This document shows positions 11,121 to 20,690 of a stretch of 64,000 nt of DNA, one piece after another (position 1 is the first letter of the stretch; each line of letters opens with the position of its first letter). Origin of the DNA: an uncultured Thermoleophilia bacterium (lineage in GTDB: Bacteria > Actinomycetota > Thermoleophilia > UBA2241); contig CAVQSP010000010.1 in NCBI GenBank assembly GCA_963715985.1, forward strand, positions 64,001-128,000. The letters run 5' to 3'. The position numbers and the translations under genes are program-made. A model generated the notes under the pieces. It saw only the letters and a program-made list of their open reading frames with translations, ran no database searches and was not told the origin of the DNA.

Positions 11121-11828
11121 TTAGAACTCGCGGAACTTGTAGCCGATGTTACGGACGGTGAAGATGAACTCGGGGTCCTTGGGGTCGCTCTCCAGCTTCT
11201 CGCGCAGGTGGCGGATGTGCACATCCACGGTGCGCGCGTCGCGGTAGTCGGAGTCGCCCCACACCAGCTGCAGCAGGAGCTGGCGGCTGTACACGCGGCC
11301 CGGGTGTGAGATGAGGGTCTTGAGGATCTCGAACTCGATGTAGGTGAGGTCGACCTTGGCTCCGCGCAGGATGACGTTGCGCTTGAGCAGGTCGACCTCG
11401 AGCTCGTCGACCTTGATGACCTCTTTCTTGGCCGCCTCGGCACTGCGGCTCATCTCGGCGCGCCGCAGCTGGGCGCGCACGCGGCTGCGGAACTCGCGCA
11501 GGCTGAACTTGTCTTTGGTGATGTAGTCGTCGGCGCCGATCTCCAGGCCGAGGACCTTGTCGAACTCCTCCGACTTGGCGGTGAGCATGATGATCGGCAC
11601 GATGCTCTGGGCGCGGATGCGGCGGCACACCTCCATGCCGTCCACGTGCGGCAGCATGAGGTCGAGGATCACGAGGTCGAAGCTCTCGCGGGCGAACGTC
11701 TCGAGAGCTTCCTCTCCGTCGCGTGCGGTGACGACGTGGTAGCCCTCCTTCTCGAGAGGGAAGCGCAGCAGCTTGAGGATGGCCTCCTCGTCGTCTACCA
11801 GCAGGATGCGGGCTCCGGTGTCCGCCAT
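11121..11828 (-). CDS. OmpR/PhoB-family response regulator
   Basis: LLVDDE, LDLMLP, GADDYIT, RTVDVHIRHLREK, TVRNIGY. Confidence 0.95.
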   Translation of the reverse strand: MADTGARILLVDDEEAILKLLRFPLEKEGYHVVTARDGEEALETFARESFDLVILDLMLPHVDGMEVCRRIRAQSIVPIIMLTAKSEEFDKVLGLEIGADDYITKDKFSLREFRSRVRAQLRRAEMSRSAEAAKKEVIKVDELEVDLLKRNVILRGAKVDLTYIEFEILKTLISHPGRVYSRQLLLQLVWGDSDYRDARTVDVHIRHLREKLESDPKDPEFIFTVRNIGYKFREF

Positions 11829-12484
11829 CAGGTCTCCCCCTTCTCGGCGCGCGCGGGCTCCCGCGGTGCGGCCAGTCCGCGCACGCGAAAACCGGCGCCC
11901 AGTGCGGCGGCGATGGCCTCGCACCCTGCGAGGTCGGCGCCGGCGCAGTCGACGGCCGTCAGCGTGGTCTCGATGTCGTGCCTCACACACTGTTCGGCAA
12001 ACTGGATCACGGCCCTGTGCGTCTTCGCGAACACGGGCCGGCAGATGTCGTCGTAGGACTCCGGGTCGGCGGCGTTGAGGCTCACGGTGACGGCGTCCAG
12101 GCCGGCCGCCGCGAGGGCCGCCGGCACGTCCACGTCCGGGTTGAGCAGGCTGCCGTGCCCGTTGGTGTCGAGGCGCGCGTGGATGCGCCTGAGATGCAGC
12201 CACTCCGTGACCGCCAGCACCAGGTCGAGGCGCATGGTGGGCTCGCCGAAGCCACAGAACACGACCTCGGCCGCCGGTCCGTCCAGGAAGGCGAGCTCGA
12301 CGGCCGTCGTGACCTCGTCGGGCTCGGGCTCCCTCTCGAGTACCAGGCTCTCGCCGTACACGCCGTCCGTCCACTCGCGGAGGCAGAAGCGGCAGGAGCA
12401 GGAGCAGCGATTGGTGAGGTTCAGGTACAGCGCGTCGTGGCCGCGGTAGACGATGGTGCCTGGGGGAGCAAGAGGTGTGGTCAT
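11828..12484 (-). CDS. TatD-associated radical SAM protein
   Basis: LYLNLTNRCSCSCRFC, EVVFCGFGEPT, TNGHG, SLNA. Confidence 0.85.
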   Translation of the reverse strand: MTTPLAPPGTIVYRGHDALYLNLTNRCSCSCRFCLREWTDGVYGESLVLEREPEPDEVTTAVELAFLDGPAAEVVFCGFGEPTMRLDLVLAVTEWLHLRRIHARLDTNGHGSLLNPDVDVPAALAAAGLDAVTVSLNAADPESYDDICRPVFAKTHRAVIQFAEQCVRHDIETTLTAVDCAGADLAGCEAIAAALGAGFRVRGLAAPREPARAEKGET

Positions 12485-12664
12485 GAGGGGGCTGGGTCGG
12501 ACGGCATGTCGATGGCTGGGGTCGCCTGGAGGGCGGGAAGAGCTTCTGGAGTATAGCAGGGTACAATTGGCCCCCATGCTCCGCCGCCCGACATCCGTTG
12601 CCGCCGCTGCGCATGCCCGCGATTCGCAGGTCGCGCATGTCCGCGTCCGCCGTTCGGGGCTCAC

Positions 12665-13705
12665 GTGAGCACGCTCCCCGGCATGGAGGCGATGCTGTAC
12701 GAGAAGCTGGCCGACGGGGAGGTGCAGTGCCACGTCTGCCCGCGGCTCTGTCGCATCGCGCCCGGCAAGAGCGGTGTGTGCCGGGCGCGCCACAACGCCG
12801 ACGGCACCCTCATCGCCATCACCTACGGGCGCGTGTGCAGCGTGGCCGCCGACCCTATCGAGAAGAAGCCCCTGTACCACTTCTTCCCCGGTACCACCGT
12901 GCTCTCGCTGGGCAGTGTGGGCTGCAACTTCACGTGCCGGCACTGTCAGAACTGGCAGATAGCGCACGCCGACCCCGGCGAGGCGGCGCGCGATCTGCGC
13001 GAGCTGCCGGTGCGTAACCTGCCGGTGCTGGCCGACCATAACGACTGCCAGGGCGTTGCCTGGACCTACAACGAGCCCACCATCTGGCTCGAGTACATCC
13101 TGGACGGCGCCCAGCTGGCGCACGAGCACGGCCTCTACACGGTGATGGTGACCAACGGCTACATCACCGAAGAGGCGCTCGACGTGCTGGCGCCTCACAT
13201 CGACGCCTACCGCGTGGACGTCAAAGGCTTCACCGACGACCAGTACCAGGAGTTGTGCCGTATCCGCGACATGTCCCCGGTGCTGGCCGCAGCCGTGCGC
13301 GCTCAGGAGGTCCACGGCTGTCATGTGGAGATCGTCACCAACGTGATCCCCACGTTCAACGACGACGACGAGACCCTTCGCGGCATCGCGGCCTGGATCG
13401 CCGCCGAGCTCGGTCCCGACACGCCGTGGCACGTGACGCGCTTCATGCCGTATCTCGAGTACGCCCATCTCTCGCCGACGCCGGTCAGAACGCTCGAGCG
13501 TGCGGTGCACGTCGGGCGCGACGCCGGCCTGCGTTTCGTGTACCTGGGCAATGTGCCGGGGCACGAGGGCGAGAACACGATGTGCCCCAACTGCAGGCGG
13601 CTTCTGGTCAGGCGCACCGGCCATGCGGTTGAGGATGTCGCGCTGCGGGGAACATTCTGTGCGATGTGTGGGGCCAACGTGCACATTCGCACCTCCATCA
13701 AGTGA
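12665..13705 (+). CDS. amrS: AmmeMemoRadiSam system radical SAM enzyme
   Basis: CHVCPRLC, DPIEKKPLYHF, GCNFTCRHCQNW, YNEPTI, YLGNVPG, CPNC. Confidence 0.92.
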   Translation: MSTLPGMEAMLYEKLADGEVQCHVCPRLCRIAPGKSGVCRARHNADGTLIAITYGRVCSVAADPIEKKPLYHFFPGTTVLSLGSVGCNFTCRHCQNWQIAHADPGEAARDLRELPVRNLPVLADHNDCQGVAWTYNEPTIWLEYILDGAQLAHEHGLYTVMVTNGYITEEALDVLAPHIDAYRVDVKGFTDDQYQELCRIRDMSPVLAAAVRAQEVHGCHVEIVTNVIPTFNDDDETLRGIAAWIAAELGPDTPWHVTRFMPYLEYAHLSPTPVRTLERAVHVGRDAGLRFVYLGNVPGHEGENTMCPNCRRLLVRRTGHAVEDVALRGTFCAMCGANVHIRTSIK

Positions 13706-13751
13706 CGGACGTATTGGCGCGTTGACGTTCGGACGGATAGGATTCGACCCC

Positions 13752-14174
13752 GTGAACGACTACGTGAAGATGGACATTCCCGCCAAGGCCGAGTACGTGG
13801 TGCTCGGCCGCCTCGCGCTCGCGGGCCTGCTGCGCTCCCGCGGCTTCTCCGAGGACGCCGTGGCGGACCTCAAGCTGGCGCTCACGGAGGCGTGCTCCAA
13901 CTCCGTGCGGCACGCCTACGACCACGACCAGGGTCAGGTGCACCTGGGCTTCACCGTGCACCGGGACCGCGTCACCATCGAGATCCGCGATGAGGGCGGC
14001 GGGTTCCACGAGGACGACGTCGACTGCCCGGAGTGTCAGGGCATGCCGGAGATCCACCTGGCCGAGGGCGGCATGGGCATCTCCATCATCCGCGCCGTCG
14101 TGGACGACTTCGATCTGCGTCGCGGGGACGGCGGCGGCACCGTGCTCGTGCTCACCAAGCTGCGCGACCTCTGA
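13752..14174 (+). CDS. RsbW-like anti-sigma factor / Ser kinase (HATPase_c_2)
   Basis: PAKAEY, DLKLALTEACSNSVRHAY, DEGGG, EGGMG. Confidence 0.88.
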   Translation: MNDYVKMDIPAKAEYVVLGRLALAGLLRSRGFSEDAVADLKLALTEACSNSVRHAYDHDQGQVHLGFTVHRDRVTIEIRDEGGGFHEDDVDCPECQGMPEIHLAEGGMGISIIRAVVDDFDLRRGDGGGTVLVLTKLRDL

Positions 14175-14361
14175 CGGCTCGCGCCGTCGCCTCCCGCCGC
14201 ATCCAGCCGCTGGGCGCCTCCGCTCCCGGTGCTGCGTCCCCGGCCGGCTGAGTCTGCTGCGTGCCACCGGGGTTTAGCCCTGCGCCGCCTTCTGGGAACA
14301 ACCTGAGTCAGTGAAGGTGTGGGGCGCGCCGGCGGCGGGCCCCTCGGCGGGAGGTCCCGGC

Positions 14362-16466
14362 GTGGTGAAGACCCTGCAGCAACCGGTCCTGGCGCACGTG
14401 CTCTTCGACGAGGCGCACGGCGAGGCGTGGTCGATCCGCCCCGAGGCGGCGGCCCAGATGCGCCCTGAGCATCCCGCTGCCGCCTCGTACGCGGTCGCGG
14501 CCACCGCGCTCGCGGAGCGGGACTTCGCGGTGGCCGTCCACCCGTCCGGCCCCCTGGAAGGCGAGGCGCTCGCGGCCGCCGACGTGCTCGTCATCGCACA
14601 TCCCTCCGACCCGGCCTGGGAAGGCACGCTCGGAGGCTCGCCGCGCCTCTCCGGGCCGGAGATCGACGCGGTGGAGGAGTTCGTGGGCCGCGGCGGCGGC
14701 CTGCTGGTGCTGGGCGAGACGGAGCAGCGCAAGTACGGCGACAACCTCAACGACCTGCTGGCTCGGTTCGGCGTCCGGCTCGACAACACCACGGTCTTCG
14801 ACTACGCGGGATCCCCGGAGGCGCCCACGTGGGCGCCGGCTGTCGCGGAAGCGACGGCCGCCGCGCCGGCGCTGCTGCATCTGGTGAGGGAGTCACGCTT
14901 CTATCGCGCCGGCTCGCTCACGGCCGACGCGCCCGGAGCTGTGGTGCTGCGCACGGGCGCGCACGCAGCGCCTGCAGGCGCCGCCCTTCTCGCGGCCGTG
15001 ACCCACGGCCACGGCCGCGTGGTGGTCGCGGCCGACTCAGACCTGTTCGGCGACGACTTCCTCACCAGGCACGACCACCTGCAGCTGTGGCTCAACGTCT
15101 TCTACTGGCTGGCGCGCCCCGCCTTCGCCGGCGAGGACGGTGCGCTGGCTTCGGACGCCGCTGCCGACCCGTGGTGGGCGCGGCTGCGCGACGAGACCGA
15201 CGCGCTGCGCCTCCTCCAGGAGCCGCGGGGCGAGGTGGATGGAACGGCCGTCGACGCGCAGGTGGTGCGCGGGCACGTGGACGTCATGGTCGAGGCCGTC
15301 CAGGCGCTTGCACCGCGCTTCGCACACCAGCGCGCCTACCTCGAGCAGGTGACCCGCGACCTGCGTGCCTGGGTGGACGGCGGCTGCGGCCGCCCGGACT
15401 TCGGCGCGTCGCTCGAGCTGCTCAGGCCGGAGCGGGAGCGCCGCGACGGGGTCGAGCACCTCGTGGTGCTCCCGCTCTACACGCCCAACGGGTCGCCGGA
15501 CACGCGCTTCGAGGCGCTCCTGGTGCGGACCCCGTGGCCGCCGTTCGTGGATCAGCTCGAGCGCACCGAGTTCGACAACGGCAAGTTCGTGCCGGTGCAG
15601 CTCGTGGACCACACGGCGGGGTACGCCGGCGAATGCGCCGTGCTCTTCCCCGAGACGGTGAGCCTGTCGGGGCGCCCGAGCAACAACTTCGGCGCCATCT
15701 TCTGCGATCGCGAGTCCCGCCGCTTCCGGCGTACGACGTTGGCAGCCGCGGAGGTGCTTCACCTCGACCTGCCGCCGGACGCCGCCGCCCTGGTCAGCTC
15801 CCCCGAGCTCTCCCTGCAGACGTACATCCTCTGGGACCTCATCCACGACCGCTGGCACAGCCACGGCGATCTGCCCTTCGACCCGTTCATGATCCGCCAG
15901 CGCCTGCCCTACTGGATGTACTCGCTGGAGGAGCTGCGCGTGGACCTCGCGACCTACGGCAGCGCAGGGGAGCTGGCGCGTCGCGGCTTCCACTTCGCGA
16001 GGTACGTGCAGTACGCGATCCTCTTCGACCGCATCCTGCGCTTCCCCATCACGGGCTCGCGGGTGCGCAACTACGACGGGCTGGGCGGCCAGCTGCTCTT
16101 CGCCTTCCTGCACCGCCGTGGCGCCGTGGCGTGGACCGACAACAGGCTCAGCATCAGCCTGGGACCAGGTGGACGACGCGGTCGCCGAGCTGCGCACCCG
16201 CGTCGACGACCTGTACCGGCGCGGCATCGACCTGAGCAAGAGTGGCCTACTGGGCGGCGGCGCACGACCTGGTGGCCGAGTCCGTGGAGCCCAACGTGGC
16301 CTCGCTGTGGCGCCGCGAGGCGCGCGTGGTCTCCGATGAGGCGGAGCCGCGCGAGTGGGTGGACCGCGTGCTCGACGACGAGTTCCCGCTCAGCACGTTC
16401 TACCTCGCGCTGCAGAAGAAGCTGGCGGAGGCGGCCGGGCCGCCGGCCGCACCGGCCGCCGTATGA
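14362..16466 (+). CDS. DUF6421-family protein with extra N-terminal domain (frameshifts near 16156 and 16241)
   Basis: AVLFPETV, IFCDRE, WDLIHDRWHSHGDLPFDPFMI, RNYDGLGGQLLF. The reading continues through ORFs 16118-16339 and 16242-16466. Confidence 0.75.
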
Positions 16467-17182
16467 CGCACGGCACCGTCGCGGGGCTGGCGGGCGTCTT
16501 CGGCCTCGACGACCTCCAGGTCGTGGCTCTGGACCGCTACGTCGACCTGCTGCTGGCCTGGCGCGGCAACGTCACCGGCCTCACCACGCGTGACGAAGTC
16601 GTGGGCACCTTGCTGGGCGACGCGCTGGCGCTCCTGGACGTCGACGCGCTTCGGGAACGGGCCGGCGCCCCGTGGGTGGATCTGGGCGCCGGCGCCGGCA
16701 TCCCCGGCATCCCTCTCGCTGTGGCCGAGCCCGCCGCCAGAGTGACGCTCCTCGAGGCGGCGTCCCGCAAGTGCGCGTTCCTGGAGGCGGCGGTCGAGGC
16801 CGCCGGCCTGGACGACCGCTGCGTGGTGGAGTGCGCGCGCAGCGAGCGATCTGCGGCGGCCGGCGCGGCGGGCCGTGAGGCGTACGCAGTCGTGCTGGCG
16901 CGCGCCGTGGCGCCGCTCCCGGTCCTTGTGGAGCTGGCCGCGCCGCTGCTCGCGTCCGGCGGCGTGCTGCTGGCCAGCAAGACCGGCCGCGCTCTGCGGG
17001 ACGAGGGCCCGGCTGCCGAGGTCGTGGCCGGTCTGTGCGGCATGGCGGCGCGGCCGCCGCAGGCGCTGCCGCGCTCCCCGCTGGACGACGCCGTCTGTGC
17101 GCTGTTCGAGAAGGTGGAGCCGACGCCCGCGCGTCTGCCGCGGCGTGAAGGCCAGGCCGCCAAACGGCCGCTGGCTCGCTGA
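16463..17182 (+). CDS. rsmG: 16S rRNA m7G527 methyltransferase RsmG (GidB)
   Basis: DLGAGAGIPGIPLA, RKCAFL, ARAVA, PRREG; upstream of parA. Confidence 0.9.
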   Translation: MTHGTVAGLAGVFGLDDLQVVALDRYVDLLLAWRGNVTGLTTRDEVVGTLLGDALALLDVDALRERAGAPWVDLGAGAGIPGIPLAVAEPAARVTLLEAASRKCAFLEAAVEAAGLDDRCVVECARSERSAAAGAAGREAYAVVLARAVAPLPVLVELAAPLLASGGVLLASKTGRALRDEGPAAEVVAGLCGMAARPPQALPRSPLDDAVCALFEKVEPTPARLPRREGQAAKRPLAR

Positions 17183-17233
17183 CCGGCCGCCACGCGCCAT
17201 CTGCTAGTATCGGTGCCCCGCGAAAGGAGCCCG

Positions 17234-17998
17234 GTGACTCGCGTCATCGCCGTGACCAACCAGAAGGGCGGGGTCGGCAAGACCACCACCGCCGTCAATC
17301 TGGCCGCGTGCATCGCCCAGGCCGGCTTCGAGGTGCTGCTCATCGACATGGACCCCCAGGCCAACGCCACGGCCGGGCTCGGGTGCAGGGCACCGGACTC
17401 GAGGCGCAGCAGCTACGGCGTGCTCGGCGGTGCCGCCAGCGTCGCGGAGGCCACGCTGCACACGGGCGTGGAGCACCTTGCGCTCCTGCCGGCCTGTCCG
17501 GACCTGGCCGGAGCCGTCGTCGAGCTCGCCAACGCGCACGCGAGCGAGTACGTGCTCGACTACGCCCTCACCGCCCGGCTCGAGGCCTACGACTTCGTCT
17601 TCATCGACTGTCCCCCGTCACTCGGTGTACTGACGCTCAACGCCCTGGTCGCGGCGCGCGAGGTGCTCATCCCGGTGCAGAGCGAGTACTACGCGCTCGA
17701 GGGTCTTGCCCAGCTGCTGGATACCGTGGCGCTGGTGCAGGAGCATCTCAACCGCGAGCTCCGCATCCTCGGTGTGGTGGTGACCATGTACGACGGGCGC
17801 ACCAGGCTGGGCCGGGAGGTGGCCGGCGACGTGCGTGAGCACCTCGGCGACTTCGTGTTCGACACCGTCGTGCCGCGCAACGTGCGGCTCAGCGAGGCCC
17901 CGAGTCACGGGCTGCCCATCTCAAGCTATGATGCCACCTGCGCCGGCAGCGACGCGTACTTCGATCTCGCCAAGGAGGTCGTCTCCCGTGACGGATAA
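17234..17998 (+). CDS. parA: ParA/Soj ATPase
   Basis: NQKGGVGKTTT, DPQANAT, IDCPPSLG, EYYALEG, RNVRLSEAPSHG. Confidence 0.96.
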   Translation: MTRVIAVTNQKGGVGKTTTAVNLAACIAQAGFEVLLIDMDPQANATAGLGCRAPDSRRSSYGVLGGAASVAEATLHTGVEHLALLPACPDLAGAVVELANAHASEYVLDYALTARLEAYDFVFIDCPPSLGVLTLNALVAAREVLIPVQSEYYALEGLAQLLDTVALVQEHLNRELRILGVVVTMYDGRTRLGREVAGDVREHLGDFVFDTVVPRNVRLSEAPSHGLPISSYDATCAGSDAYFDLAKEVVSRDG

Positions 17999-18938
17999 GA
18001 AGGCTCTGGGCCGAGGTCTCGGGGCCCTCATCGGTGACAGCAGGGCGGCCTTGGCGCGCGGTGGGTCCGGGGGCAGCGAGAGTCGCCTGCGCGAGCTGCC
18101 GCTGGCGGAGATCGCCGTGAACCGTCGCCAGCCGCGCCGCACGTTCTCCGCCGACGAGCTCGACGAGCTGGCAGCCTCCATCAAGGCGCTCGGCGTGGTG
18201 CAGCCGGTGGTCGTACGGCCGCTCGCGGCGACCGCGGTGGACGCGCCCGGCGCGGGAGCACCCGCGGCGGCCGGCGCGGCTCCGGCCGGAGCCGCCGCGC
18301 CGCGTTTCGAGCTCATCGCCGGCGAGCGCCGCCTGCGGGCCGCCCGGCTCGCCGGCCTCGAGAGCATCCCGGCCCTGGTGCGGCCCGCCGACGAGGTCGC
18401 CTCTCTGGAGATCGCGCTGGCCGAGAACGTGGCGCGCGAGGATCTCAACAGCATCGAGGAGGCGCAGGCCTACGCCGCGCTCGTGGACGAGTTCGGGGTC
18501 ACGCACGAGCGCGTGGCCGAGCTGGTGGGGCGCAGCCGCGTGGCGGTGACCAACCTCCTGCGCCTGCTGGAGCTCCCCGACGATGTGCAGCGCATGCTCG
18601 AGCAGGGCGAGCTGAGCGAGGGACACGGACGCGCGCTGCTGGCCCTGCCTGACCACGAGCAGCGACGCAAGATCGCGCGGCTGGTGGTCGCCCAGGGCCT
18701 GTCGGTGCGTCAGGTCGAGGCGCTGGTGCGCAAACTCAACGACGAGGCGGCCGGCACGGCGCCTGCGGCGCGCCCGCCCGCCCCCGACTTCTCCGATCTC
18801 GTGGACGAGCTCTACGGCGTGCTCGAGGCGCCGGTGCGCATCACCAGCGGGGCGCGCGGCGGGAGTATCCAGATCGCCTTCAAGAGCAAGGCGGAGCTGG
18901 AGCGCATCGTCGCGCTTCTGCGCTCTCTCGGGGTCTGA
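17988..18938 (+). CDS. parB: ParB/Spo0J
   Basis: ALGRGLGAL, QPRRTF, IAGERRLRA, ENVAREDLN, GRSRVAVTNLLRLL, GHGRALL. Confidence 0.96.
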   Translation: MTDKKALGRGLGALIGDSRAALARGGSGGSESRLRELPLAEIAVNRRQPRRTFSADELDELAASIKALGVVQPVVVRPLAATAVDAPGAGAPAAAGAAPAGAAAPRFELIAGERRLRAARLAGLESIPALVRPADEVASLEIALAENVAREDLNSIEEAQAYAALVDEFGVTHERVAELVGRSRVAVTNLLRLLELPDDVQRMLEQGELSEGHGRALLALPDHEQRRKIARLVVAQGLSVRQVEALVRKLNDEAAGTAPAARPPAPDFSDLVDELYGVLEAPVRITSGARGGSIQIAFKSKAELERIVALLRSLGV

Positions 18939-19000
18939 CGCTCCGTCGCTGGGGGGCGACGCGACACGACTCCGCGCGTCGCGCCCGCGCGCTCCCCGCC

Positions 19001-19585
19001 TCAGGGCGCGGGCGCCTGGTCCGGGGAGACCGTGATGCCGACCGACGGTGTGGTGGGGGCCGGCGTCGGCGTCGTCGCGTAGGGATCCGTGGTCGGATAG
19101 TCGGTCGTGGTCGGATACGGCGTCTCCGTCGCGCCCGGCGTGGTCGTCGTCTCCCCGCTCGGGGTGGAGCCGGGCGGTACGGACCCGGCGGGCACGTAGA
19201 CCACCGTGCCGTCTGCGAGCGTGTAGAACGCGCCCAGCAGCGTGCCCACGCCCGTGATCTGCGCCCCGCTGTTCATGTCGAGCTTCGTGATCTGGTCACC
19301 GTCCTTGACGACCACCTGCATCTCGGGGGTGCCCGGGTTGGTGACGATCGTCATGGTGTCGCTGGTCAGGAGTCCGGTGATGCCCGCCGCGGTCAGCGCC
19401 GCCACGAGGAAGCCCACGGCGAGAACGATGGCCACGTCGAAGAGGTTGACGATGCCGTCCAGAGGATCTCCATTGCGGTCGGCCGTGCCGACGCGCCGCC
19501 GGCGCATGTAGCGCAGCCCGGTCGCCGGCGCCTCGTAGATGCTGCCGACGTCGTGGAGGGTGGGGTGGTCGTCAGAAGCAGGCAC
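19001..19585 (-). CDS. DUF2149 protein (ExbD/HmuV-like) with Pro/Thr-rich tail
   Basis: DPLDGIVNLFDVAIVLAVG, TIVTNPGTPEMQVV, GTLLG.FY.LADG.VVYVP. Confidence 0.85.
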   Translation of the reverse strand: MPASDDHPTLHDVGSIYEAPATGLRYMRRRRVGTADRNGDPLDGIVNLFDVAIVLAVGFLVAALTAAGITGLLTSDTMTIVTNPGTPEMQVVVKDGDQITKLDMNSGAQITGVGTLLGAFYTLADGTVVYVPAGSVPPGSTPSGETTTTPGATETPYPTTTDYPTTDPYATTPTPAPTTPSVGITVSPDQAPAP

Positions 19586-19594
19586 GCGGCCCTC

Positions 19595-20683
19595 TCACCG
19601 GCCCCCGGACGAGCCTCCGGCTCCGGGGGCGGGCCCGGCCGGCGGCTGGGGGTCGACGGGGCCCAGGTCCGCGAACGGGTCGTCGTCGCGGTGCCAGCTC
19701 ATGGAGGGGTCGTCGAAGGTGAGCGGCGACGCCTCCGCGGCTGTCTGCGCGCCCTTGATGGTCGCCGGGGCCGCCGCCGTGTCGGCCGCCGCAGCGGCGC
19801 CGACCACGGGCATGCTCTGTGTGGGGTTCTCGGCCTCGAGGCTCGCCGCCTCCGGCTGCCACGCCGGCTGGGAACCGGCCGCGAGAACGGCTCTGCCGCC
19901 ATTGCCGGAGGCGACCGGCACGAGCGGCTCCACGGGCACCTCGTCCAGCACCGGGATGACCATGCCGCGCTCGACGTCCGCGCCGTCCACGACGTAGTCG
20001 ATCTCCGGGTCGGCGTCCCACACGCCCTTCTTGTTGCGCTTGCGCCCGGAGCGCAGCCTGCCGCTGCCGCCCTCGAGGAGCTCGAGCAGGTACTCCATGT
20101 CGGAGATGTCCTGCGAGTACATACGGTCGCGGACGATGCTGATGACGAAGGCGATACCGCCGATGAGCAGGCCGATCACCGTGACCGAGAAGGCGGTGAC
20201 CAGGTTGTCCGCGAGCGCGGTGGTGTCGCCGGTGGCCAGGCCGACGAGCGCCGGGGAGAGCGGGATCAGCGTGCCCATGAGGCCGAGCATCGGGCCGATG
20301 CGCACGAGGATGCGCGTACGCTCGAGGCGCTTGACCGTGTAGAACTCGTACTCCTGGAGCAGCTTGAGCGGCTTGGCCGCGAGCCGCTGGGTCTGGTAGT
20401 TGCGGATGAGGTCGAACAGGAACCGGGCCACGATGAGCGAGTAGTTGTTCTCCTGCAGGTAGCGGTAGGCCGTCCGCGGCTTGCCGTCCTCGAACGCCCT
20501 GCGGGCCCGGAGCGTGCGCGCCTCGAGCGCGTCGAGGTCGCGGTAGCGGAACCGCAGGTACAGCTCGTAGAGGAAGAAGCCGAACTCGATGAGCACCCAC
20601 ACGAGGCACAGCAGCGCGGCGATGAGCACGGGCCACAGAAGCACCCGCGAGATGTTGTAGATGACCTCTTGGAGGCCGTTCAC
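19595..20683 (-). CDS. MotA/TolQ/ExbB proton channel protein
   Basis: RIGPMLGLMGTLIPL and AFSVTVIGL; three TM segments; long acidic disordered tail. Confidence 0.9.
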   Translation of the reverse strand: MNGLQEVIYNISRVLLWPVLIAALLCLVWVLIEFGFFLYELYLRFRYRDLDALEARTLRARRAFEDGKPRTAYRYLQENNYSLIVARFLFDLIRNYQTQRLAAKPLKLLQEYEFYTVKRLERTRILVRIGPMLGLMGTLIPLSPALVGLATGDTTALADNLVTAFSVTVIGLLIGGIAFVISIVRDRMYSQDISDMEYLLELLEGGSGRLRSGRKRNKKGVWDADPEIDYVVDGADVERGMVIPVLDEVPVEPLVPVASGNGGRAVLAAGSQPAWQPEAASLEAENPTQSMPVVGAAAAADTAAAPATIKGAQTAAEASPLTFDDPSMSWHRDDDPFADLGPVDPQPPAGPAPGAGGSSGGR

Positions 20684-20690
20684 GCTTCTG

